A DNA stretch of 64,000 nucleotides from an uncultured Clostridia bacterium (GTDB taxonomy: Bacteria; Bacillota; Clostridia; DUPQ01). This document shows, piece after piece, positions 45,670 to 55,092 of the stretch (positions within the stretch are counted from its first letter, which is position 1; each line of letters starts with the position of its first letter). The stretch spans positions 706,254 to 770,253 of the forward strand of contig CAVXZA010000002.1 of the NCBI GenBank assembly GCA_963766335.1. Direction: 5' to 3'. Position numbers and translations under genes: made by a program. Below the pieces are notes generated by a model. That model saw only the letters and a program-made list of their open reading frames with translations, searched no databases and was not told the DNA's origin.

Positions 45670-46793
45670 ATGGATAAAATTCTTATAATTGAAGACGAAA
45701 AAAGCATTAACCGCTTCATAAGAATAAACCTTGAAAGAGAAGGGTTTAAAGTCGCCTGTGCATTTTCAGGGGAAGAAGGCCTTGAAATGACAAGACAGTT
45801 CAAACCGGAGGTATTGGTTCTTGACATAATGCTGCCCGGCATAGATGGATTTGAGGTTTGCACAATAATCCGCGAACTTAATCCCTATGTGATCATAATC
45901 ATGCTGACAGCAAAGGGACAGGACATGGACAAAATCATGGGACTGGAGCTTGGTGCCGACGGACTATATGATAAAACCCTTCAATCCACAGGAACTGACT
46001 GCAAGGATCCGGGCCCACCTAAGGCGCTACTCCACAAACGGTAATACAGGAAACGCAGGTTTTACGATTAATAAAAGACAGCACAAAATATATAAAAACG
46101 GTGTAGTGCTAAATCTTAGTCCAAAAGAATATGAAATCATGTCGCTTCTTATAAAAAATCCGGACAAGACGTTCAGCCGCCATGATATGAAGTTTCATAC
46201 CATGCGCCTGGAAATGAAAAGTGGGCAGAGGTAGTTGTAGAAAGAGCACTGGATTCATTTAACCGGAAACGCGGATGGATAGAAGAATATATAGGTAACG
46301 GGATGGCTTACTTGCTGCCCGAAAAATTAAAAGAGTCTACCTCGCCCGTATACCTGGACATTAATGATGATATTGTTGACATCGCCATGGAAGCCATATC
46401 AAAATCAGTCATGGGTATAGTAACTGTTGAAGAAGCTCTGAAACAGTACAAAGAAAAAGCAAGGGTACTCGGTGTCAAGGACATCCTTGATTTCGAGAAC
46501 GAGAAGCTCGGGAAAACCACCGAACAGACTTATGACTAATGATTCGGATATACTAAAAGAAGCAGGTGTTTAATATAGCCTTAATGTCGCTTCTGATAAA
46601 AAATCCGGAAAAGACATTCAGCCGCCACGAACTGCTGGACCATGTGTGGGGGGTAGATTATATTGGAGACATAAAAACCGTGGATGTCCATATCTGCAGG
46701 CTGCGCGAAAAAATCGAAGGCGAAGCCGCGGATGAATGCTTTGTCGAAACCGTCTGGGGCTATGGCTACAAATGGCGGGGGAGCGAAAAATGA
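45670..46793 (+). pseudogene. Disrupted OmpR-family response regulator. The receiver domain carries a +1 frameshift at ~45960. The winged-helix domain is interrupted by a ~445-bp insertion that includes a 355-bp copy of the 3' end of the SBP gene at 49392-51065.
   Basis: Frame switches at GCCGACGGACTAT (expected GADDYMIKPF). 46185-46539 is ~90% identical to 50711-51065. A 45-bp RR segment ATGTCGCTTCTTATAAAAAATCCGGA is present twice (46139-46183 and 46584-46628). The intact wHTH tail (46566-46793) overlaps the HK start. Confidence 0.7.
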
Positions 46794-48172
46794 GAAGTAT
46801 TCGTTTCAGGGTCATAGGAACATATCTGCTTATAATCGTGCTTACCATTTTCCTATTCAGCGTCGGTGTATATACCTTCATCAGTGATTACTACATGAAT
46901 AACATCGAAGAAATCCTGACCGGTGGACAGGACATTTGCCAGGATATATACAACGAGTTGTATTACCAGTATGACATGGAGTTGGAATCAGAGAAAATTG
47001 GCAACCGGTTCGTCCCGTATACAAGGGCCCAGGTGTTGCTCCTGGACAATGAGGGAAATGCCCTGTATGACTCAATAGGCATATATGACAGGGGACAGCC
47101 TGCACTTGAAAGGGATATCAACAGGGTATTAGGAGGGGAAACAGTCCTTCACAGGGAAACGTCAACCCTCGGCGAAAGGACCCTTTCGGTTTCCAGGACG
47201 CTGAAATCAAATGACGAAGTCATAGGAATCCTAAAACTAACGGCTTCCCTGGAAGGCGTATACAGGGTGCTGAACCGAATTATCCTTATTCTTGCCGCCG
47301 GTGGATTTATAATCATAATCATAGTGTTCATGGCCGCGCTAATATTAGCCAACACAATAATAAAACCCGTGAGAAAGGTCACGGACCATATTTCGGACAT
47401 TGCATCGGGAAACCTGGAGCAAAAACCAGCGGGCAGATACAACGATGAATTATCCGGCCTTACGGACAATCTCAATATGCTTTCAACAGAACTTGAAAGC
47501 AATAAGAAACTTCGCGAACAGTTCATAGAGTCGGTTTCGCATGAACTGAGAACGCCTCTTACATCAATCAAAGGCTGGATTATTACACTGAAAAACCGCA
47601 AAAAGGACGATGATGCGCTTCTGTCCGAAGGTCTTGAATTAATAGACAGCGAGACAGACAGGCTCACGGGCCTTGTAAACGAACTTCTTGATTTTTCGGG
47701 TTCGCTGAATGATATTGCGTCACTGAAACTAGGCAGGATGGATATGACCTACCTCGTCGAATACACCTGTAAACAGATGAAACCCAGGGCTGACAGGGCG
47801 GGAATAACCATGGACTGTAATTGCGGGCACGAAAAGGCATTTGTGAAAGGCGATTATGACAGGCTTAAACAGGTGCTGGTTAATCTGCTGGACAATGCCA
47901 TAAAATATTCGGAAAAAGGCGACGGCGTCACTGTTACATGCGGAAATGAAAATGGAATTATTACCACGGTTGTCGCCGATACCGGACCCGGAATCCCAGA
48001 TAGTGACCTTGGGAAAATATTTGAGAAGAAATACCAGGGCAATAATGCGAAAAAGGGAACGGGCCTAGGCCTGGCGATTTCAAAGGAAATAATAGAAGTT
48101 CACGGAGGCGAAATTGACATCAGCAGCGGCAGCAAGGGCACTTCCGTTACTATTAGGTTGAAAAGCATATGA
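46790..48172 (+). CDS. Sensor histidine kinase (HAMP + HisKA + HATPase_c)
   Basis: H-box SHELRTPLTSIKGW; G-boxes GTGLGL; two TM segments; ATGA overlap with RR end. Confidence 0.8.
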   Translation: MRSIRFRVIGTYLLIIVLTIFLFSVGVYTFISDYYMNNIEEILTGGQDICQDIYNELYYQYDMELESEKIGNRFVPYTRAQVLLLDNEGNALYDSIGIYDRGQPALERDINRVLGGETVLHRETSTLGERTLSVSRTLKSNDEVIGILKLTASLEGVYRVLNRIILILAAGGFIIIIIVFMAALILANTIIKPVRKVTDHISDIASGNLEQKPAGRYNDELSGLTDNLNMLSTELESNKKLREQFIESVSHELRTPLTSIKGWIITLKNRKKDDDALLSEGLELIDSETDRLTGLVNELLDFSGSLNDIASLKLGRMDMTYLVEYTCKQMKPRADRAGITMDCNCGHEKAFVKGDYDRLKQVLVNLLDNAIKYSEKGDGVTVTCGNENGIITTVVADTGPGIPDSDLGKIFEKKYQGNNAKKGTGLGLAISKEIIEVHGGEIDISSGSKGTSVTIRLKSI

Positions 48173-49269
48173 ATATGAGAAAGAAGAAAATTTACCAGTA
48201 TTTCGCATTGATTGTCCTGCTGGGTGTAATATCAACAGGATGCGGATATCTGCCTTCTCCGGATGAAGTAATAGTGCCTCCGGGGGGAAAAACCTCAAAC
48301 AACCTCAATATAAACGTAAAAGCCTTCATACCGGCCGGCATGACGGCGATGACTGCTGAAAACAGCGGGGGGCGATACAGGGTCCAGTTCATTGATATTG
48401 AAAATGACGGGATAGATGAACTTATAGTTTATTATGGAAATCCGGAGACCTATAAATGCACGGGTTTTGTAATTCTGAAGGAAAATGAAAACTGGAGGTT
48501 GTTCCATGACCAGTCGTATACCGAAGGAACCAAATACTATGTAGAAAACGTAAGATTCATTGATATAAACGGCGGCAGCAAGGAAATGGTCATTGAATTG
48601 AGCGATATCAACGATATCCGCATTTTCCGTATAATGAAATTCAGCGACGGTGTTGAGAAGCTTTACACTTTCGGCGAGGACCGGCTGGACATAATCAGGA
48701 CAGAAGAGGGTAATCCATTGATCGCCATCTGGACCAACAGGCCGGAAGGCCATGACATTGATATCATAAAGTGGGAAGATGACGGATTCATAAACGCTAC
48801 GTTTGATGCACCCGGATATTTCATTCAGCTGCTTCCCAAGTACAGAGGGGATGAAACTGACGGCAGTGATCAAAAACTTCTGTACAGGGCGGATATTTTA
48901 ATGAAGGCCGGAGACTATGGCAGCGCACTAAATACCATAAGATTATACAGTACCGTTATGCACACCGAGGAAGATATGCTGAAAGCTCATATAATTGAAG
49001 CAAGGTGCCTTTTTAACCTGGGTGAAACAGACAGTGCGATGGCCGTATTATCAGAAAACAAATTAACCCAGGGCTATGACACTGAATTACTGCTTGAGTC
49101 AAATTTTCTTCTTGCGGACATATTGCTTCAGAAAGAAAACACTGCAGCTGCAGAAAAAGTGCTCGAAGCCAGTAAGGAACTGCTCTATAATTTCCTGCAC
49201 AGCAACTACAAACTCCACATGTGGACAAATGAATATGAAACAAGGCTGGAAAAGCTCAGAGATGAGTAA
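48169..49269 (+). CDS. Lipoprotein of unknown function co-transcribed with the two-component system
   Basis: lipobox ISTGCG; ATGA overlap with HK stop. Confidence 0.55.
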   Translation: MNMRKKKIYQYFALIVLLGVISTGCGYLPSPDEVIVPPGGKTSNNLNINVKAFIPAGMTAMTAENSGGRYRVQFIDIENDGIDELIVYYGNPETYKCTGFVILKENENWRLFHDQSYTEGTKYYVENVRFIDINGGSKEMVIELSDINDIRIFRIMKFSDGVEKLYTFGEDRLDIIRTEEGNPLIAIWTNRPEGHDIDIIKWEDDGFINATFDAPGYFIQLLPKYRGDETDGSDQKLLYRADILMKAGDYGSALNTIRLYSTVMHTEEDMLKAHIIEARCLFNLGETDSAMAVLSENKLTQGYDTELLLESNFLLADILLQKENTAAAEKVLEASKELLYNFLHSNYKLHMWTNEYETRLEKLRDE

Positions 49270-49391
49270 AACCAACCGGCGGTGTAACTAATTGAAATAA
49301 TTTGTAACTTTTATGAAACTTATTGAATTCCGGCAAGGTATAACATTAAATCAGGCCTAAGGGGACAAAAAGCCGGAAAGGGTGTTTAAGT

Positions 49392-51065
49392 ATGAAGAAG
49401 TATAAATTAATTTTTATTTGTATGATTGCCATTCTGTCGCTTCTGGCAACAGGCTGTGCCAAATCATCTGATATTGTACCCGACCCGCCTGATGGAGTGC
49501 CGGGTATGTCTGAAATTCCCGAAAAGCCCGAAGGCGCGCCCGATGAGGTTGTCATTGTGGAATGCCAGTTTTATGGTGATTCAATGTACAACCTGGACTA
49601 TAAGGAAGCATGGCCCAAGGCTCTGAAAGAGCATTACGGAGTGACGGTTGTGGTCCAGTACCCGCTTCGCAGGGACTATATGGAAACCATAGAAGAATCG
49701 GCCATGTCGGGGGACCTGACGGGAATAGTCGAATTGTTCGGCGGGCCATATTTAATGGAATGGATTAACAATGAATGGATTTATCCTCTTTCGGATTACC
49801 TTGCAGACAATGAAGTCTGGAACACTGTCATACCGGATATGTGGAAGGATGTATACACATTCAATGGTAAGGTATGGGCGCTGGCATCCGGTGCAGACGG
49901 AGAGGCCGTATGGTTCACTCGTTCAATGAGAGGTGATTGGCTGGAAAGGCTGGAGCTTGAAAAGCCCTACACGATTGATCAATTTTATGAGGCTTCATAT
50001 AAATTCACATACAATGATCCCGATGATAACAGCCGGGATGACACGGTAGGATTCACATCCGCCGGGACCTGGAACATGCAGGATATTTTCCAGGCTTTCG
50101 ACGCCAGGCTCAGCCATGTTTCGGATCCGGTTCCTGTCTGGAATCCAAATACTAATATCTGGGAAGATTCAATGCTAAAACCTGAAATGGCGGAATGCCT
50201 GCTCTTTCTTAAAAAATGTTTTGATGAAAAGGTTCTTGATGAGATGACATTCCAGGACGTTGACGGGGCATATATGAGAACTAAGGTTTCATCAGGAAAA
50301 TGCGGCGGAACATTCTATTGGGACAGCTGGACCCTGAGTTTTGAAAACGCTGTCAGGGGCAAATATCCGAATGCAAGCATGGTCTGCGTGGGTGCCCTCT
50401 CAGGGAATATTACTGAAAATCTGAATCAATATGGGATTTCTTATGGCGCTCCGCGGGTAATGATGAAAAACACACCCCAACCGAAAGAAACTATAAACTG
50501 GTATGTAAATACATTTTATGGAGATGAATGGGGATTCTGGACGGCCAAGATTGGTCCGGTGGGAGATGAACGCGGCCAGGCGGGGGCTGCCTGTACTATT
50601 GAAGGCAATACCATCGTCCGTAACACTTACATAGACAGCGGAGGAAATATAAGAAGCTACCCCGCACCGGGATACATAGGAGGACTTCCTTCAAGAGCGC
50701 TTTATACTGTATATGAAGTTGCATACCATGCCCCTGGAAATGAAAAGTGGGCAGAGGTAGTTGTAGAAAGAGCACTGGATTCATTTAACCGGAAACGTGG
50801 ATGGATAGAAGAATATATAGGCAACGGTATGGCATATCTGCTGCCGGAAAAATTAAAAGAGTCTACTTCGCCGGTATACCTTGATATCAACAAAGAGATT
50901 GTCAACATCGCCATGGAGGCCATATCCAAATCGGTCATGGGTACAGTCACCGTTGAAGAGGCATTGAAGCAATATAAAGAAAAAGCAAGGGTACTGGGTG
51001 TAAAGGATATCCTTGATTTTGAAAACGAAAAACTAGGGAAAACAACAGAACAGAACTACGACTGA
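49392..51065 (+). CDS. Lipoprotein, extracellular solute-binding protein family 1 (LipO-like, DUF3502-type C-terminus)
   Basis: lipobox LLATGC; family-1 SBP-like blocks; paralogous in architecture to 11262-12860; its last 355 bp are duplicated inside the RR pseudogene. Confidence 0.55.
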   Translation: MKKYKLIFICMIAILSLLATGCAKSSDIVPDPPDGVPGMSEIPEKPEGAPDEVVIVECQFYGDSMYNLDYKEAWPKALKEHYGVTVVVQYPLRRDYMETIEESAMSGDLTGIVELFGGPYLMEWINNEWIYPLSDYLADNEVWNTVIPDMWKDVYTFNGKVWALASGADGEAVWFTRSMRGDWLERLELEKPYTIDQFYEASYKFTYNDPDDNSRDDTVGFTSAGTWNMQDIFQAFDARLSHVSDPVPVWNPNTNIWEDSMLKPEMAECLLFLKKCFDEKVLDEMTFQDVDGAYMRTKVSSGKCGGTFYWDSWTLSFENAVRGKYPNASMVCVGALSGNITENLNQYGISYGAPRVMMKNTPQPKETINWYVNTFYGDEWGFWTAKIGPVGDERGQAGAACTIEGNTIVRNTYIDSGGNIRSYPAPGYIGGLPSRALYTVYEVAYHAPGNEKWAEVVVERALDSFNRKRGWIEEYIGNGMAYLLPEKLKESTSPVYLDINKEIVNIAMEAISKSVMGTVTVEEALKQYKEKARVLGVKDILDFENEKLGKTTEQNYD

Positions 51066-51101
51066 AAAGAAAACCGTATCATATATTAAGCTTTCACTTA
51101 A

Positions 51102-51132
51102 TTGGGACAAAAGCCCTCCGCTTTTGTCCCAA
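51102..51132 (+). terminator. Terminator-like 12-bp perfect hairpin TTGGGACAAAAG-ccctccg-CTTTTGTCCCAA after the SBP gene
   Basis: perfect inverted repeat; arms contain GGGACAAA/TTTGTCCC as in the REP core. Confidence 0.5.
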
Positions 51133-51268
51133 TGTTTATGCTCTATTTGCAAGTTAACCGTCTGGCCAGGATATAGTATACAATAGTAGCGTCATATTAC
51201 AAAAGTTAAGGAATCAACAAACAGAATAGGTAGGTATTAACCATAGGATAGAATAAAAGGAGTAATAT

Positions 51269-52250
51269 ATGAAAGCTATAGTTTGTAACAAATACGGGCC
51301 TCCGAGTGTAATGCAGCTTAAAGAGATTGATAAACCTGTACCCAAAGATGATGAAATGCTGATTAAAATTCATGCATCATCAATTAATTCTGCCGACCAC
51401 CGCACAATGCTGGCAAAGCCCTTTTTTGTAAGATTCATGGGGGAAGGCCTTTTAAAACCAAAGAAAAGTGTTCCGGGAATTGACATGTCAGGTGTGGTTG
51501 AGGCAGTGGGCAGTGGTATAAAGCAGTTCAAACAGGGTGATGAGGTATTCGGAGATATCTATGACAGCAAGATAGGTGCATATGCAGAGTATTCATGTGC
51601 CGGTGAAGATGCGAATATAGTAATAAAGCCCGAAGGAGTGACATTTATGCAGGCTGCATCGGTACCTGTCGCAGGTATGACAGCTCTTCAGGCACTGAGG
51701 GACCATGGACAGATAAAGGAAGGCCAAAGTGTCCTTGTTAACGGGGCTTCAGGCGGTGTGGGAACATTTGCCGTTATACTCGCAAAAGCATTCGGTGCTG
51801 AGGTAACAGGCGTCTGCAGCGCCAGGAACCTTGAACTTGTAAAATCCATCGGAGCGGATTTTGTAATTGACTATACCAAAGAGGATGTTACGGAATCCGG
51901 TAAAAGGTATGACTTGATAATCGACATAGCCGCGAACATAACAACAAAAGGATATATAAAACTTCTTTCACCGAAAGGCACCGGGATACTTGTGGGCTTC
52001 TCAACAATACCCCATATGATGGGAATAAGCCTGAAGGGTAAAAAGGTTGGAAAAGAAAAACGGCCTGATAATTAAAGCCATGGGGTCTGCAAAGACAAGC
52101 AAGGAAGACCTGAAATACCTTGGAGAACTAGTAAAGTCGGGAAAAATATCGCCGGTAATTGAAAAGGTATACCCCTTGGAAGAGACTGCCGAAGCAATGC
52201 GGCATTTTCATGAGGATCATGCAAGTGCAAAGCTGGTAATATCAATATAA
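51269..52250 (+). pseudogene. Quinone oxidoreductase / MDR-family NADPH-dependent oxidoreductase with a frameshift near 52035-52075 (A-run GGAAAAGAAAAACGG). It is either a pseudogene or a sequencing error.
   Basis: ORF 51269-52075 ends prematurely; the C-terminal MDR tail (…ELVKSGKISPVIEKVYPLEETAEAMRHFHEDHASAKLVISI) continues in another frame at 52047-52250. Confidence 0.65.
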
Positions 52251-52331
52251 AGTATAATATTCAAAGCGAGTTCACTGACGTATTGGATGTATTGGTTCAC
52301 ATTAATCCATTTAAAGAGGTAAAGAAAACAA

Positions 52332-53399
52332 ATGAAAATTAAAAGGAATACCGGGATAGGATTTTTTGAAAAATACTTAAGCATTTGGGTATTGGCCTGC
52401 ATGGCAATTGGGATAGGCATCGGATTATGGTTGCCGGGCATTCCTGCTTTCTTAGCTAAGTTTGAATACTACAACGTATCTATACCAGTTGCGGTACTCA
52501 TTTGGCTAATGATATACCCAATGATGCTAAAGGTTGATTTTGCAAGCATTAAGAATGTCAGTAAAAATCCAAAAGGCCTTGTTATCACATGGATTACCAA
52601 CTGGCTTATAAAGCCTTTTTCAATGTTTGGGATAGCATATCTGTTTTTCTTTGTTATATTCAAACCGGTTATCCCGACAGACCTTGCCAGGGAATATCTT
52701 TCCGGGGCAATACTTTTAGGAGCTGCGCCTTGTACCGCAATGGTATTTGTATGGAGTCAATTAACCAAGGGCAATCCTGCCCATACTCTTGTGCAGGTTG
52801 CAACAAACGACCTGATTATATTGCCGTTATTCGCACCAATTGTAGGATTGCTGTTTTTATTTGGAAACATTGGAGTTGAGGGTGTTGGAGTGCCATGGGC
52901 AACACTGTTCCTTTCAGTTGCCCTTTTCGTAGTTATTCCATTAACGGCCGGATGGTTGTCGAGAAGTATATTGACAAAGAAAAAAGGCATTGAATTCTTT
53001 GAAAAAAAATTCATACCAAAGTTCAGCAATATAACAATAATCGGACTCTTGCTTACACTAATAATTATATTCTCTTTCCAGGGAAGAAAAATCATAGAGC
53101 AACCCACAGACATATTACTTATTTCAGTGCCGCTTATTATACAGACTTTCATAATATTCTTCATAGCGTATTTATGGGCGAAGAGGTGGAAACTGCCGCA
53201 TGATATAGCTTCTCCCGGTGCAATGATAGGTGCGAGTAATTTCTTTGAGCTTGCAGTAGCCGTAGCTATTTCATTGTTTGGCCTGCAATCGCCGGCGGCC
53301 CTTGTAACTATAGTAGGAGTATTAGTTGAAGTGCCTGTTATGTTGACTTTGGTTAAAATAGCGAACAAAACAAAACACTGGTTCCCGAAACAACAGTAA
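52332..53399 (+). CDS. acr3: Arsenite efflux transporter, ACR3 family
   Basis: N-terminus GFFEKYLSIWVLACMAIGIGIG and conserved Cys region GAAPCTAMVFVW match ACR3 (B. subtilis ArsB-type). Confidence 0.75.
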   Translation: MKIKRNTGIGFFEKYLSIWVLACMAIGIGIGLWLPGIPAFLAKFEYYNVSIPVAVLIWLMIYPMMLKVDFASIKNVSKNPKGLVITWITNWLIKPFSMFGIAYLFFFVIFKPVIPTDLAREYLSGAILLGAAPCTAMVFVWSQLTKGNPAHTLVQVATNDLIILPLFAPIVGLLFLFGNIGVEGVGVPWATLFLSVALFVVIPLTAGWLSRSILTKKKGIEFFEKKFIPKFSNITIIGLLLTLIIIFSFQGRKIIEQPTDILLISVPLIIQTFIIFFIAYLWAKRWKLPHDIASPGAMIGASNFFELAVAVAISLFGLQSPAALVTIVGVLVEVPVMLTLVKIANKTKHWFPKQQ

Positions 53400-53547
53400 A
53401 ACCAGTCGTGAAACTATGATACAAATTAAAAACGGTCTTTTTAGACATTTATAATTATAACAGCGCCTATTCATTCTTCTATAATGCTATATATAAAATC
53501 AGTTAAATAAGTGTACAATAGTTTTACAATGTGAATCGGGGGATATT

Positions 53548-55083
53548 ATGAATCAAAAATACCTTCACTGCGAACTATTGTACGAAGACTCTGTTAATAA
53601 TATGAACAGGGTTGTAAGGCTTGAAGACGGCAGCCTGTTTACACTGGGAGTAATCAAAAGAGATATTCATAACATGGGTAACTATCCAAAATTCCAGTTC
53701 ATTTTCTCGCGCAGGTCGTATGACGAAGGAAAGACCTGGAGTCTGCCGAAGACCCTTTTTGAAATCCCTGAGACAAAGATATTCACTGATCTTGCACAGT
53801 TCATGATAAGCGAAAAAGGTTTTCTTCATGTCTTCATGTACCGCATATGGAAATACAATTTTGAGAAAAATGAGTTTAAAGGCGACATTCTCCATGCCAG
53901 AATGGATGACACCACCGGAGCTAACCTTATAATACAGAAAATAGAATGCCTCGACAGGTACACCGGTGCCCTCAATAATCTGATTCAATTGGAATCAGGC
54001 CGGATAGTGGTACCCTTCTCAACACTGGATGAAGTTACCGGTACATTCCAGTCATCAACGATTTATTCGGATGACGAAGGTATTACATGGAATGGTTCAA
54101 ACCAAGTGACCGTCACAAGCAAAGAAACCCATGTTGAATCCGGGGCGGTTGAACCGGTGGTTGCCGAAGTTGAAGAGAACACACTGGTAATGATTATACG
54201 TACTGTCCTGGGCAGCTTTTATTACTCTATTTCAAAAGACGGCGGTGAAAGCTGGAGTGATTCAAAAAAGAGCAATATAAAGTCATCCAACTCACCGGCC
54301 GTGCTTCAGAAATTGAAAGACGGCAGGATACTGATTGCATGGAACAACTGCAACGGTATGCCTATGAGAGGTGTCAGGTATAGCATGGCCAGGCAGTGTC
54401 TGCATGCGGCTATTTCAGATGACGGATTAAGGACACTTAAGGGCGTTCGGATGATTGTATCAAAGGAAGATGGTGACCCTGATAACGTACTTAACTGCTA
54501 CCCGTTCTCGGCTGTGGCATCAGATAAAGAGGTTTTCATCAGAATGATGACGGTGCAGTCAAAAGATGGTGAAGACTGGCGAGAACCCAATGCTAAGCTG
54601 ATATTACTAGAAACAGACTTTCTGTATGAAACCAGTCTAAATAAAAATTTCGGCAGCGTTTGTATTAAATCAACCAGAGATAAGCCCGGTTACGAATATT
54701 TTAACTTTCCATATGGACAAAAAGGAAGCTTGGAAATATCATATGAAAACAATGCTGATGAAGCCCAGCTTCAGCTTATCCTCTCAGACAACTATATGGA
54801 TGCATCAAGCTTCAGCCTGAGTAAAGATAATGAGCAATACCGCGAATATATAGACGAAAACTATATTAAAATTCCGGTAATCATTGAAAACGGACAGGGC
54901 GTCATAAAGATAGATTGGGACAACGAAATAACCATTGAGTGCAACGGGAAAACCGGCAGGGTTCAAAAAAGTTTTCCCGGATTTAACCACCTTGGCATAC
55001 TGTTACACAAAGGAGAATTGAATATACAGAAAATCAACGAACAGTCTGAAAAGGCATGGATTGACACAGGAATAGATTATTAG
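53548..55083 (+). CDS. BNR/Asp-box repeat protein, exo-alpha-sialidase-like glycosyl hydrolase
   Basis: three canonical Asp-boxes SYDEGKTW, SDDEGITW, SKDGGESW spaced as in sialidase beta-propellers. Confidence 0.55.
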   Translation: MNQKYLHCELLYEDSVNNMNRVVRLEDGSLFTLGVIKRDIHNMGNYPKFQFIFSRRSYDEGKTWSLPKTLFEIPETKIFTDLAQFMISEKGFLHVFMYRIWKYNFEKNEFKGDILHARMDDTTGANLIIQKIECLDRYTGALNNLIQLESGRIVVPFSTLDEVTGTFQSSTIYSDDEGITWNGSNQVTVTSKETHVESGAVEPVVAEVEENTLVMIIRTVLGSFYYSISKDGGESWSDSKKSNIKSSNSPAVLQKLKDGRILIAWNNCNGMPMRGVRYSMARQCLHAAISDDGLRTLKGVRMIVSKEDGDPDNVLNCYPFSAVASDKEVFIRMMTVQSKDGEDWREPNAKLILLETDFLYETSLNKNFGSVCIKSTRDKPGYEYFNFPYGQKGSLEISYENNADEAQLQLILSDNYMDASSFSLSKDNEQYREYIDENYIKIPVIIENGQGVIKIDWDNEITIECNGKTGRVQKSFPGFNHLGILLHKGELNIQKINEQSEKAWIDTGIDY

Positions 55084-55092
55084 GAGTAACAA

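Noticed and set aside
45950-46539. ORFs 45950-46234 and 46303-46539 as independent small proteins
   Set aside because: The first is the out-of-frame continuation of the response regulator. The second is a truncated copy of the SBP gene C-terminus (~90% nt identity to 50711-51065). Both are pseudogene fragments.
52047-52250. 67-aa ORF called as a separate gene
   Set aside because: Its sequence is the conserved C-terminal tail of the MDR oxidoreductase that ends prematurely at 52075. It is a frameshift fragment, not an independent gene.
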